This document shows positions 27,640 to 38,519 of a DNA stretch of 64,000 bases, one piece after another. Made by a program: the position numbers and the translations under genes. Numbering within the stretch: the stretch's first letter is position 1; each line of letters opens with the position of its first letter. The stretch comes from Nemertoderma westbladi. Taxonomy: Eukaryota > Animalia > Xenacoelomorpha. The stretch spans positions 1-64,000 of the forward strand of contig JAUCBJ010002523.1 of the NCBI GenBank assembly GCA_032718475.1, in the 5' to 3' direction. The notes under the pieces were generated by a model. That model did not search any database. It was given only the letters and a program-made list of their open reading frames with translations, and had not been told where the DNA came from.

Positions 27640-30600
27640 TTAATTATTTTCTTCCGCCAACAGTAGGATCAAGTGGACAGCCTCCATTACCTTGGCTTCA
27701 TCCTTGTTGTTCATGAAATCGGAAATTGAACACCATGATAGGTTGGGATCTCGTGGGATACGACTACAAGTGGTTATCAGATGAGCTTCATCTTGTATCG
27801 ACCCACAAGGGCAGATACGGCGATCAGGTGGGATCTTTTTCCAGCGACCTAATTCAACGGCTAGGCGGGTGGAGCCGAGCCTTAAGCGGGTCCAAGCGAT
27901 GCGATCAGGTTCGTTAAACGTTTTGCGGGTAATGTAACAAATGTGAGGTGATAAATTGGGGTTATATAACTGGTATAATTTTTTCTTTGTTGAGTCGACC
28001 TCGGAGCGAACATTTAATTTTAGTTTTTCCATGGCATCCATCACAAAGTCTTTCTTTGAAGAAAGAATATATTCAACCTGGCCCGCCATAGGCGTTCGAT
28101 GCAACATACATTGGTCTAGTACCATCATCAGAGGTTTGTGAATCTCTTCATGTTCGATCATGTTACACAAAAAGTCGTATTGCCGTTTCAATATAAGTGG
28201 TTTAGGTTCGGGAACATTGGATTCGATATGGAGAATTTGTCTACACACATTGGGGCGGACCCCCATTAATAAGCATAGCATTTCCGTATACTGTTTGGAT
28301 ACTGGGGCTAAGTCGCCGGTTATCCACGTCTCGCAACCGTATAGAATGGCGGATGAAGCAGCCGCGCGAAATACCTGCAGCTTTAACCAAAATGGGCTGT
28401 AGTAATTCTTGGCTATGAAAGCACGGAACTTTGAAACTTGTTTCAGCTTTTCTTCGGCGTGTAACACGATAGCGGTTTTCGAACCACCGGTTTGAGTGAT
28501 AGGTGAGCCTAAATACAAATAGGAGTCTGTATTCTTTATAGCAACCGTATCGCAACTATAGGAAGGGACTGTTAAAACCAAGTCTGCTTTATCGTTTGCT
28601 TCCGATGCAGGACCAACTACGATAAATTTTGTCTTTTTGGTGTTTAATATCATACCGTACTCGCCGCAATATTCTAGAACCTTTTCCATCTTGGCTAGAC
28701 ATAAAGAACGGGAGGAAGCGAGAATAACAGAATCATCCATAAGGAGGAGAATATGTAGCCAATTTAGGAAACTATCGGGGGTGAAACATCGTAGCGCGGA
28801 TGAAAGCGGGTTTAGAAACATAGTAAATAGGTATCCACTGCTGGGACCTCCTTGGAGAACCCCCACGCGGGAATTTATTTTAGATTTCCCTAGGATACTG
28901 ACCGTTTTAGAGTACATTAACTGGAGCATGATCAGCATTCTTGAGCTGCATCCCATCGATTTGAGTAGTTCAAACAACTTTCCACGAGGGACTTTATCAT
29001 AGGCTGTTCGGAAATCTATGAATACAATGAATAGCTGATGCTTTTTGGACTCTGCAAAATCAATAAGGAGGCGAAGAGTAAGGATTTGTTCTAAACAACC
29101 ACGGCCTTTAATGGCTCCCGCTTGCTCGCAGCTTGGAAGTCTCCACGAAATTAGGCGGTGAAAAAAAATAGTGTCCAGTATTTTGTAAATGGTATTTAAC
29201 ACGCTAATTCCTCGGTAGTTTGAGCATTGTGACTTAACGCCACGTTTGAAGACAGTGATTAATCTAGAGAAACCCCACAGCACAGGGTATGCACCAGTCA
29301 GGAATACTAGATTCAACAGAGAGAGCAGCTGCAATATCCAGGTGAACGGCAAAAGTTTAAAGAAACCCGGTGAGATACCATCGGGGCCAGGGGCTTTCCC
29401 AGGTTTAATGACGTTAATAACATCTTTCAGCTCGCTTAAAGATATAGGGCTATCAAGATCGTTATTGCATGAATCTGTCTCTAACAATGGGGGATCTGGG
29501 GACTTGTTGACACCAGATGGATTTAATAAACTAGAGAAATGGGTGGCAAATTCTGCCTCTGAAGGCTCTATCTCCGAATTGGACGGATTATATGGACTTG
29601 CATTTAATTCACCCCGCCAACCGATTCTTGCCCACATGTCCTTAGCACTGCAGTTGTCTAACATGTGTTGCCAGACCTGCCATTGGGGCACTGATGTAGG
29701 AATTCGGGGGTAACTATGCACGTGTTTAACAGAGGCTTCTGATGCGGCCTTGTAGATTGAGTCTGTGAACGTTGCTGCTAAATCATTAATATTCATTCGG
29801 ATGTTTAAATCGTCAACATTAACTAGCGATTTATTTAGGATGGCTTGAAACTTTGTAGTATCAACGCATGAGGTATCAAAATATAGTTTCTTAGCACATA
29901 TAGGTTTACAAGGATTTTTCAACAGGTGACAGTAAGAGCCTAAAAGGTCAGCTCGTTCAAGAAGACAGGCAGACGAGATGAAACAAAATTTAGTAATATA
30001 CAGGCTAAACTCTACCCCGGCGTGGTTTGATGGCCAATCGAAGTCCAACAGAGTGTTAAAATCCGTGAATCCGGATATCAGGTCTCCAGAGCAAAGTACA
30101 CGGTCCAATTCAGAGATATATCCAGACCTGCGTTTAAATGTTAGATTTCCACTGAAATACGACCCATTCAATGTCTCGAGGTAGCTCAAATTAACTAATG
30201 AGCAGTCTTTACACAATTGAATAAGCCGAGCACCATGAGCGTTTATAGTTCTATCATGTGGGGTATGGTACCAGTATTCATTAGTATTCAGATCTGCTAG
30301 ACGGACCCCGCATTGAGCATTTAGATCGCCAAATAAAACAAATTTAGAGTTTGTCGAAGCGAGGAAGATTGCTGCCTGAAGTTTGGACCAAATATTGGAT
30401 GAAAAATAAGGTGAGTTTGATGGTGGAATATATACAGCGTAGAAGTGAATATTTGGGGCAAAATCGAGTTTGAACGATATCAAATCATGTTCCATATTCA
30501 TACAAATAATCGAACTGGCCAAATAGTTTTTAACCAAAACAGCTACTCCACCGCGATGAGCTGTTTTTACATCAGGAAACCGTAAAACATTAAACCCTGA

Positions 30601-30756
30601 CACCCGGAAATTAAAAATAGCTTTTACTTCAAACAGAGCTACTATATCATACTGTGAAAGTTTTTGCAATATAACAGAGTTGTGCAGTTTATCCCTGATA
30701 CCATCAATATTCCAACTAAGAAACTTCAACCGGTCAGATTTGTGATGAGCATTCAA
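27640..30756 (-). CDS. LINE ORF2: AP endonuclease + reverse transcriptase + C-terminal Cys/His motif
   Basis: SWNIDG, GDLNA, ELDRVL, SNHAG (APE); KAPGPDG, NYRGISV, FIDFRTAYDKV, GVLQGGPSS, LLMDD, YLYLG (RT); CPCGSIQDEAHLITTC. Confidence 0.95.
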   Translation of the reverse strand: MNAHHKSDRLKFLSWNIDGIRDKLHNSVILQKLSQYDIVALFEVKAIFNFRVSGFNVLRFPDVKTAHRGGVAVLVKNYLASSIICMNMEHDLISFKLDFAPNIHFYAVYIPPSNSPYFSSNIWSKLQAAIFLASTNSKFVLFGDLNAQCGVRLADLNTNEYWYHTPHDRTINAHGARLIQLCKDCSLVNLSYLETLNGSYFSGNLTFKRRSGYISELDRVLCSGDLISGFTDFNTLLDFDWPSNHAGVEFSLYITKFCFISSACLLERADLLGSYCHLLKNPCKPICAKKLYFDTSCVDTTKFQAILNKSLVNVDDLNIRMNINDLAATFTDSIYKAASEASVKHVHSYPRIPTSVPQWQVWQHMLDNCSAKDMWARIGWRGELNASPYNPSNSEIEPSEAEFATHFSSLLNPSGVNKSPDPPLLETDSCNNDLDSPISLSELKDVINVIKPGKAPGPDGISPGFFKLLPFTWILQLLSLLNLVFLTGAYPVLWGFSRLITVFKRGVKSQCSNYRGISVLNTIYKILDTIFFHRLISWRLPSCEQAGAIKGRGCLEQILTLRLLIDFAESKKHQLFIVFIDFRTAYDKVPRGKLFELLKSMGCSSRMLIMLQLMYSKTVSILGKSKINSRVGVLQGGPSSGYLFTMFLNPLSSALRCFTPDSFLNWLHILLLMDDSVILASSRSLCLAKMEKVLEYCGEYGMILNTKKTKFIVVGPASEANDKADLVLTVPSYSCDTVAIKNTDSYLYLGSPITQTGGSKTAIVLHAEEKLKQVSKFRAFIAKNYYSPFWLKLQVFRAAASSAILYGCETWITGDLAPVSKQYTEMLCLLMGVRPNVCRQILHIESNVPEPKPLILKRQYDFLCNMIEHEEIHKPLMMVLDQCMLHRTPMAGQVEYILSSKKDFVMDAMEKLKLNVRSEVDSTKKKLYQLYNPNLSPHICYITRKTFNEPDRIAWTRLRLGSTRLAVELGRWKKIPPDRRICPCGSIQDEAHLITTCSRIPRDPNLSWCSISDFMNNKDEAKVMEAVHLILLLAEENN

Positions 30757-31706
30757 AAATTCAGATTAAATTTGTCTATTATAACGTCGTCCTTTTTTAC
30801 AACTCGATGTACTGGATCATACGAGATAACGTGGCCTCTGTTTGCAGGATTCCCTTTTTCAAGCCTTTCAACTTCACGTAGACGGCCGATTTCTTTACGT
30901 ATAATAGGATGAACATCGGATTTGATAAATACTTTCCCAAAATTGTCATCATTCTTTAACTTTTTCAAAGCAGGGAATATCTTTCTGCGATCAGCTTCTG
31001 CCGAATTCTGAGACAGAGTAAGCAGAATGGGCCTTGGGTTAGGTTTATCAGGGACAAACTGACCAAGGCGCTCAACTTTGTAATTAGAAACTTTGATCCC
31101 GATTGCGCTAAAGATTGCATCGCATTGATCATTGTCTTTATCCTCGCTGGGCGGGTTGTTTTCAACGACCCCCCGTACAATAAGCTTTTGAATTCTCATT
31201 TGACGGTCAATGTACTCGCAAAACCGTTGTTGGGCTCCACATGTAGCACGGAGGTCGCAATTTTCTTGTTCAAGAGTGGTGACACGTGTTCCTAAGGCGC
31301 TTATGTGCTCGGTCATCATAGAGCTAAATATGGATTTCAGCTGACCTACAGAGAGCGAGCTCACTGAGGAGCTATCATCAATGGTGGGGGGGTGAAGGCC
31401 CGGAGACGGCGTGAAGTTCGGAGGACATGGAGCCGGCGGATAAGACTGAGGTGGTCCTGACCCAATAGGGTGTTGTTGCCAAATTGAGCGCTGGTCGGTA
31501 GTGAATCCAGGAGCTGTCTGACTGTAACTTGGCCAAACCTGAGTGGAATTTAACTGGGCATGTTGAGATTGGAGGGGCTGGGGCCCAGATACCGGTAGGC
31601 CTAAATCCGATAAAGATTGTGACCTACCAAGGAAGCATGCATCGCAAAGGCCACCTGGTTTTAATCGTGTTTGGTGAGCGTCACATCTTTTACAATTTCC
31701 CATTTC
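30753..31706 (-). CDS. LINE ORF1 (CxxC..CxxC, Pro/Gln-rich linker, coiled coil, RRM-like C-terminus)
   Basis: MGNCKRC..LCDAC; ALGTRVTTLEQENCDLR; KLIVRGVVE..VERLG..PRPILLTL. The frame is open from 31859; the ATG of MGNCKRC near 31703 is the likely start. Confidence 0.85.
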   Translation of the reverse strand, partial: EMGNCKRCDAHQTRLKPGGLCDACFLGRSQSLSDLGLPVSGPQPLQSQHAQLNSTQVWPSYSQTAPGFTTDQRSIWQQHPIGSGPPQSYPPAPCPPNFTPSPGLHPPTIDDSSSVSSLSVGQLKSIFSSMMTEHISALGTRVTTLEQENCDLRATCGAQQRFCEYIDRQMRIQKLIVRGVVENNPPSEDKDNDQCDAIFSAIGIKVSNYKVERLGQFVPDKPNPRPILLTLSQNSAEADRRKIFPALKKLKNDDNFGKVFIKSDVHPIIRKEIGRLREVERLEKGNPANRGHVISYDPVHRVVKKDDVIIDKFNLNF

Positions 31707-31896
31707 ACACAATTTCGAGCGTTCAGCGGTTGTCAATTGACCAACAGGTTCAACAATGAGCAACAATGAGCAAAATAACCGTAACCCAATATGTAATACA
31801 GTAATCCTCTCGTAAAATAATATGTATGTACTGATGCAGGATGCAGTTTTGATCACCAAATTCGTTTATAGGCCTATAAATCATGTAGTAAAAACT

Positions 31897-32107
31897 ACGT
31901 AAAAACTTTCTAAAATCCGACGCATTTTGATTAAATTACAGTAATGTAATATGCCTATTCATATTGGTACACATAAATCCGTAGGTAATTCTATTGGCGC
32001 AGTGGTCAGATGGTTAAGGCGTTGGTTACATTACAGATAGGTTACGAGTTCGAATCCCAGTCGGGAATTTGCATTTGTGGGCAATTTATTTTCATTTGAT
32101 CTAATTA
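31897..32107. repeat. 211-bp direct repeat, right copy, including tRNA-like copy 2 (31996-32067)
   Basis: Appears identical to 26935-27145. Confidence 0.92.
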
Positions 32108-32109
32108 GA

Positions 32110-32230
32110 TAAGCCAATGAGGTGCGTACAACGTATGGAACGATGAGTTGGGCCAATCATAGGGCATATAACATCTTATTGCTCCAATGTGAGGCCATGG
32201 AATGCTCTGGAAGATTCTAGCGGATTCTAT
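32110..32230 (+). promoter_or_regulatory. LTR-like promoter segment: three CCAAT boxes and a heat-shock-element-like array
   Basis: agccaatg, ggccaatc, ctccaatg; gGAAtgCTCtgGAAgaTTCtaGCGgaTTCt at 32199-32228. Confidence 0.4.
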
Positions 32231-33584
32231 GTCCCAGATTTGCTATCTAATGTTAACTTGTATCACACACTTATCTTCATTCTTTAGTTACATTTGTTAA
32301 GTTTCTCGTTGGAACTTATGTAAATTTGGTTGATAAACTCTTTTGTAAATTACTCTAAATATACTGTAAACTTTGAACATGCATATTTCCACTTGTCCAC
32401 CATTGGGACAGCCAAGCATTGGGAGGATGGCTGCCTAGACCGTTAGGCCGTCAGCAACGCAGGGAAGATGTCCACAACACGCTAGCGCCCACATTAGATT
32501 AGACCGCGCACCCCCTTCGCCCCTTCGAAATACTCCACCTTGCCATGCAGCACCCGATTTCCGAGGAAGGTAAGACTTTGTTTGATGCCCTTGCCCGACG
32601 TAAGACCTATAGATCAGGTTAAGCATGACGCCGTCCTGGGACGCCGCAAAATTTAGGATCAGATAGCTAGATTCAGTCAGGAACCTGTACTGCAAATCCC
32701 TGGGTTAACCTGTATTCCCTACAGGTGTGAACTATTGCCGTTCGTCAGTACGCGAGTACATATTAGGTACAGACAGCATATGTTCCATAATTTAGTGATT
32801 CGCAATACTGACAGTTCGGTACCGGTTTGACTTGTAGATTATACATTAGTACCCCCCCCCCCCTGTCTGAACATGAGTTATTTGATCAGGCAAGGAGTAT
32901 TTCTGCTACCGGCACTTCGCTTGGCCTAGGGAGGTTTATTAATATCCTACCAGGCCTTGCCACGTACTGATAGGTATTGCTGCTAACCACCGCGGCAACA
33001 AAATTCTAGAATCAAATTTGTATACCAGATCAGCTAACGTACGGTAGCAATTAACCCCTATTTCTTATCTTACAACCAGAATCTGGTATTTGTGCCGATC
33101 ACGGGTGTAGTTACTAACACCGAAATTACCCGGTTGAGTTGTGGATAGGAAGGAGAGAGCTTTGACGTCATTTTGTAAGTATAAAGTTCTACAGAGCGCG
33201 ACTAGCTTATTTTCGTAGCTAGCGCATGGTATTGTTTCAGTCAGTAAATCACTAAAACCTAGTACAATGGAGTACACCAAAATTGTTTTATTTGTAACAC
33301 ACCCACACACACATGCCCTAAAACATATGTACCCTTAGAGTTCTACTAGTTATAGCTTACTTTAGATTACTTTTAGGCAGAATCTATTTTGTAATTTACT
33401 ATTCGTAGTTTGTAAATTTAGGATCTGATATTTTGTTACGGCAAGAAGGAGTATTTACTTATTAGACTGTGTTTTCTAGCTCACAGTATTGTTACATTAG
33501 GTACGACCCCATTTAGACTGATTTAGTACAGGTGTCAGTATTGTTACGCTGATTTTAGGGCTGCCCTTAGTAGTCTAATCTAAT

Positions 33585-34892
33585 CTAATCTCTTAAACAG
33601 CCTACCAATATACAATATCACAATCGAAATAATACTAGTACCTGTACTGCTGTAAGTACCGGTTTGGGTGGTTAGGTAGTTAGCCTACAGGTTACCGGTC
33701 GACCGGTACATGCAATAAAAAAACTAGAATAACTGTTATTGTTCGCGCTTTTAGACCTTTAGCAGTTTAACCCGCCAATTTTAGGTGTCTTCTAGGTTAT
33801 AAATCGACTTTAACCTATAACAAGTATTTGGTGCATATAAAGTTACATTAGCCGAAGCCAGCCTATGCGCGACCATTCACCCACGGTTAAGGGAGACTGG
33901 ATTCGGATGCTCTGACCTTATTGCGGTGTAGACTTACTGTATTATTCGATTGATCGTTAATATATAATCTCTGACAAATATTATTCACTTTTGGGAAATA
34001 TTAACAGTTCCTTTAGGACGTGGCGCTCTAAGTATGTAAACAGAGTTATGACTTACACTAAACACAACGGGATGGCTAATGATTTTCGTATAAAGCGCAT
34101 TCTTTAGGAAATGCTTTGTTATCGGTTACACTCCTGCACACTACCGCACACTGCTGCACACTGATCTGCCGACCTTCACTAAATTTGATCATATATAAGG
34201 AGAATAGCAACTGACACATGTAGGGATTATGAAATAGCATTCAATTCACTCCAAAACCACTATAATATAAGTCGCAGTTTCTACAGGTAACTGGTCCCTC
34301 TTACCTTCAGTATATCAAGAAGATTGGGGTTTTATGATTATTTATCGATATTCTCCAAATATAACAACATATCCATCAACTTATAACAATTAATAACCGA
34401 CAGTAAACAGAAGTAAAATAATGCGGTAGGACAAGTATGTATGTTCTGGTTTGTCCAGTTTGTATGGTTTGATTTGTTTGATAACAGTTAAACGTTCCTA
34501 TAATCAAAGCCTTCTAATGTTTGGCTAAAGTCTGAAACTCAGAATAATTCCAAAGCCGATGTTCTGGGGCTCAGGAAAAGGTAAACAAAAACCGTCATGC
34601 ATTGCGCGATTTCCCATAGGATTCTGTGCAAGATAAAATGAAAATCGCCCTGATTGGTCGAGCGAGCCGAACAAAGAAAGTTAAGAAAGCTCCACATCGA
34701 CATTAAATCAGCTGATAGATTTCGTCATCTGAGCTACACTGTATTAAGAGTATTTGGCGTATTGCGGCATAAAATGGCTTGTTATGTCCGCTAAAGTACA
34801 CATACAGAAAAAATGGCTTTTTATGTCCGATAAAACACCTACACAGTACTTTGCGGGAAAAATTATTAGTTATATCCGCAAAAGCCTTTACA
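33585..34892 (-). repeat. LTR copy (3' LTR of the minus-strand BEL/Pao element, truncated at its left end)
   Basis: 1308-bp near-identical match to 43061-44368. The minus strand begins TGTAAAGG and is preceded by the purine tract GGGAGCGG. Confidence 0.85.
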
Positions 34893-34970
34893 CCGCTCCC
34901 AGAAAATGGGATTTAATTCTATAAAATATAAAAAATCACAGTTTCTAAAATATAAAAATACTCTAATCAG

Positions 34971-36530
34971 TTAGTCTTTCTTACGCGAACGGCGTTTACG
35001 CAGTTTTTTGAGGCTAGCAAGAGTCATTTTCTCTTTGGGGCGAGCCACTTTACTAGGAGGGCTATAACTCCTGGGTGAAGGGTGCAATACAATTGCATCA
35101 GAAGGTTTAGGGTTACGGTCGGTGTATCCGCCAGTCGAGGTACCCGGTTGATCGGTATCAACCTCAGTGGAACAAGGTCGAACAACCTTGAGAGCGCGTT
35201 TTAAGACAGCAGCTCTTACTGGTCCCTGACGGGTCGTTTGCACGAAAGCGGTAGGTGGACCGTGTGTAGTGAGAAATTTCCTCGGTTTGATGATTCTTTC
35301 CAACTCGCGTTTTCAGGCTCTATCGGAATCGATATGCTTCTCCACGAGCTGATTTTCCTCCGCTTATCGTTGGAAGCATTCGTCCAAAACTCTTGCAGAG
35401 AGTAGGGTCGTCCAAGTTCGATATCTTCTTAGAGATTCTGGATTTCCCGATCGAACTGAGATAAAGCTTATTCGTTTACCGCTTGGACTTGCGGCTGCAA
35501 TTTACGTTTCTCCAAACAATCGTAGGTTCCTTTTCCGATCTTTTGTCGAATAGTGTCTAACGTGTTTTGTTCAACTCTCTCCTCCACCTCGGTGACAGGT
35601 TGTATCGGGGTTAGATCGGGACGATTATATGGGTTGAACGGCGATATTAGGTGTCCGCATCCCAATCCGGCTAGGTAAGATGGGCGAATATCTAGGGAGC
35701 CCACAACCGGAGTGCCACCGAATAATTGTTCGGGTAACACTAGATCTTTGAACAGTGAGTACAGTTCGGGAGGATCCGTGATACTATTAGGATCAAGAGT
35801 CTGAGGTCTCACTAGGGAGTAAGGAGGCCTGACCGAGTATTCCGGAACTCTGATCATAGGTTTATTTAAGGATCATTTGAGTCGAGCGAGCGTAGGTGAT
35901 ACATCGAACAAGTTTCGCTCGAAACTCCCGTAAATATAGCGAATAAAACTGTGTTTAGAGCAACGTCTCCGCGGATGTTTATGTCTTTCCATTTGTTGGT
36001 TGGGTCTTGGGCATTCATCGCAATAATACCAAAGACGCACGTCTTGTAGGGGAAACGCGGGTGATCTTTCTTCAGTTTTACAATGTTTCTCTCAAGAATT
36101 CCAAATATACATTGGAGTCACTGCGTTTATCCGGTTCTTTAACGTCTTCTCTTTTAAGTCGATTTCGAATAGAATTTTCGCATTCGATTCTCAGTTTATC
36201 GTTCTGACTCCGCTGGGTATGATATTTAAATAGGACCATTTCCCTTTCGGTGTCGACATCGTCCGTATCGTGTAAATCGATAGGATGACCAGTAGTTAAG
36301 AAGTCCATATGCGTACCATTACGATGCGTATAGCGAGCAGTGAATTTTCGATAGTCCAATTCAAGAGTGAGTTGCTCCTAGGACATTGGCGGTTCGATAT
36401 AACGACCATCGTCCTCCGTAGTAGTTGGACTAGCGTCGCCGCGTATTAAGCTATCAACAAACGCTTGCAACGGTAGAGTATATCGCTCCCTGATACCAAG
36501 ATCATCTTCTATCAACTCAGTCATAGCTGC
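34971..36530 (-). pseudogene. Fragmented ORF of unknown function next to the 3' LTR
   Basis: Three collinear minus-strand ORFs (36078-36359, 35468-35857, 34971-35303) in higher-GC sequence, ending in a basic tail (KKLRKRRSRKKD). Confidence 0.4.
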
Positions 36531-38519
36531 TATATGAGTTTATCAATATTATAATTAGTTATAATTAGGCTAGCGGGTGTCGCTGCCTACCCCTCACGGC
36601 CCCCAGACAGCGCAAGATCCTCAGCGCTGATGTACTGTCGCCGCTGTGCCTATCGCTAACATAGTAGCTGCACAACGACAACAACAACCAGCGCGTCACA
36701 GCAGAGTCACTCCTCTGTCCGTCCCAAGGGCTTAGATTTACTTCAGGTTCTTACTGCAGAGGTAGAGCTACTTTCACAACTGCGACTCGCTACTGTAAAC
36801 ACACTTTAGTAGTAACATTCACCTATAAACGCACAAATTCCACACAACTGTCAAAAACCGCACACATTCGGGCCATTTGTCCGTTATTCAAGTGCCTTCC
36901 AGAATGCCACATTATTATTATGTATCCTTGGATACTAGCAGTGTGCTATTTATTCCTTATGCTATTCAATGGGGCAAGCTTTTATTGTTCTTTTAACTCA
37001 CTTCTAATTCTAGCGTGGTTGTTGCCATGGTGACATTATGGAAAGCTAGCAGTAGAATTAGGGTAATTCTCATGCATACAGATCTGGGATGCTATTTAAT
37101 AGTAATTCTTTTAATTGTCAATATTCCTCTTTATACATGATTTTATGAATTTTATCGGCTATTGACTATATATTGGAGATTCTCGCACACTAATATACTT
37201 AATAGGGTGAATCTCCGCTCCCATGATCTATTAATTAATGGAATTTTGGGAATGTTATAAATTGTATAAAAATGACAATTTATCAAATTCATTAAAAGAG
37301 ATGAATTTAAATTTATTCCCGTAAATTTTATTATTTAATGTTGGAATAAGCACAATTTTTTTCCAGAGCATGTCTGGGGACTGGGATCCTTGATTCTAGG
37401 GAATTTGTCCTTTTAAGAGTATCGGTAAGTGCTATGATATCTTAATCGACTAGAATTTTAAAGGATCTAAAATTTAACAGATTTTAATTTATAGATTTTC
37501 TAGAGTTAACTTGTAAGTATTTACTCTATTGTATTTGCTTGACAGATTTTATAAATATTAATAGTTAATATTTAAGATGGGCACCAGTTTATTTCAGAAC
37601 ATGTCTGGGGACGTTAACCATTGATTCTAGAATTTTGTCTTTCAAGTATATCGGTGGGTGCCGCGATATCTTAATCGACTAGAATTACAGATGGTCAAAG
37701 GGTTCAACAGATTGATTTTGCGTTTTACGCTACTGTTAAAGGGACATCACGCTACTATATGTATTATTTAATATACGGTATGAGAGCAATATTGCAAGAA
37801 GCAATGTCAGTGAGAAGAGGCAAGTCGTTTCCAAGGTCTACCCAGAGCTTGGTTTAGCCAAGACACGAGGATCTGAACTTTGCATTCCTAATACTCTACT
37901 TACCAATAATACTTGAATATAGTAGGAGCTTTATTGTACTTTAATAAGTACGGACATTTCATCTTACTGTAGTCACGCATTTATAATGTAATATGGACAG
38001 TAAGGAAAGAGAAAAAGAATTATTTCTCGCCGTTGCGCTAAATATATATAATATAAGTAATTAAGTAATAAAGACTAATATATTCTAATATCTTTATTAC
38101 TTTAAATTGGTGATGGGGTATAGTAATACATTGCTTATAATTTTCTACAGTATGCTTTTATGCATTAGTGTGGTGGATCAGCTGTTTTACGGCAATACAG
38201 AAATCCGATCATACCGGTTACTGTTGTCTGATTCATAACCTTAACTGCCTAAGGCCTAATATGCCGTTAATATTGCATATATATATATACATACCGGTAC
38301 CGTGAGTTTGCATGTTGACCGTTTACTGGTTTTGTTATAAACTGATGCCGACTGTTTGTTATTGTCTAACTGATAATATCGCTTAATTGCAAATGCCTGC
38401 TTTGCTGTTATATATATCATATTGTTATTCTTATATCTGTATATTGCTTTGATTGCCAAACTGATTGACTGGGGAATTGCCAATTGCAACCTTCTGACCT
38501 TTCTTTACTGCTTTCTTTC

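Larger units (their letters stand above)
27146..31896 (-). mobile_element. Full-length two-ORF non-LTR retrotransposon (LINE)
   Basis: Intact ORF1 and ORF2, ~480-bp 3' UTR, (TA)n tail at 27144-27159, and bracketing direct repeats. Confidence 0.93.

Noticed and set aside
27726-30912. Plus-strand ORFs antisense to the LINE (likewise those opposite 50123-53350 and 55231-57494)
   Set aside because: Shadow ORFs of real coding frames, with no motifs.
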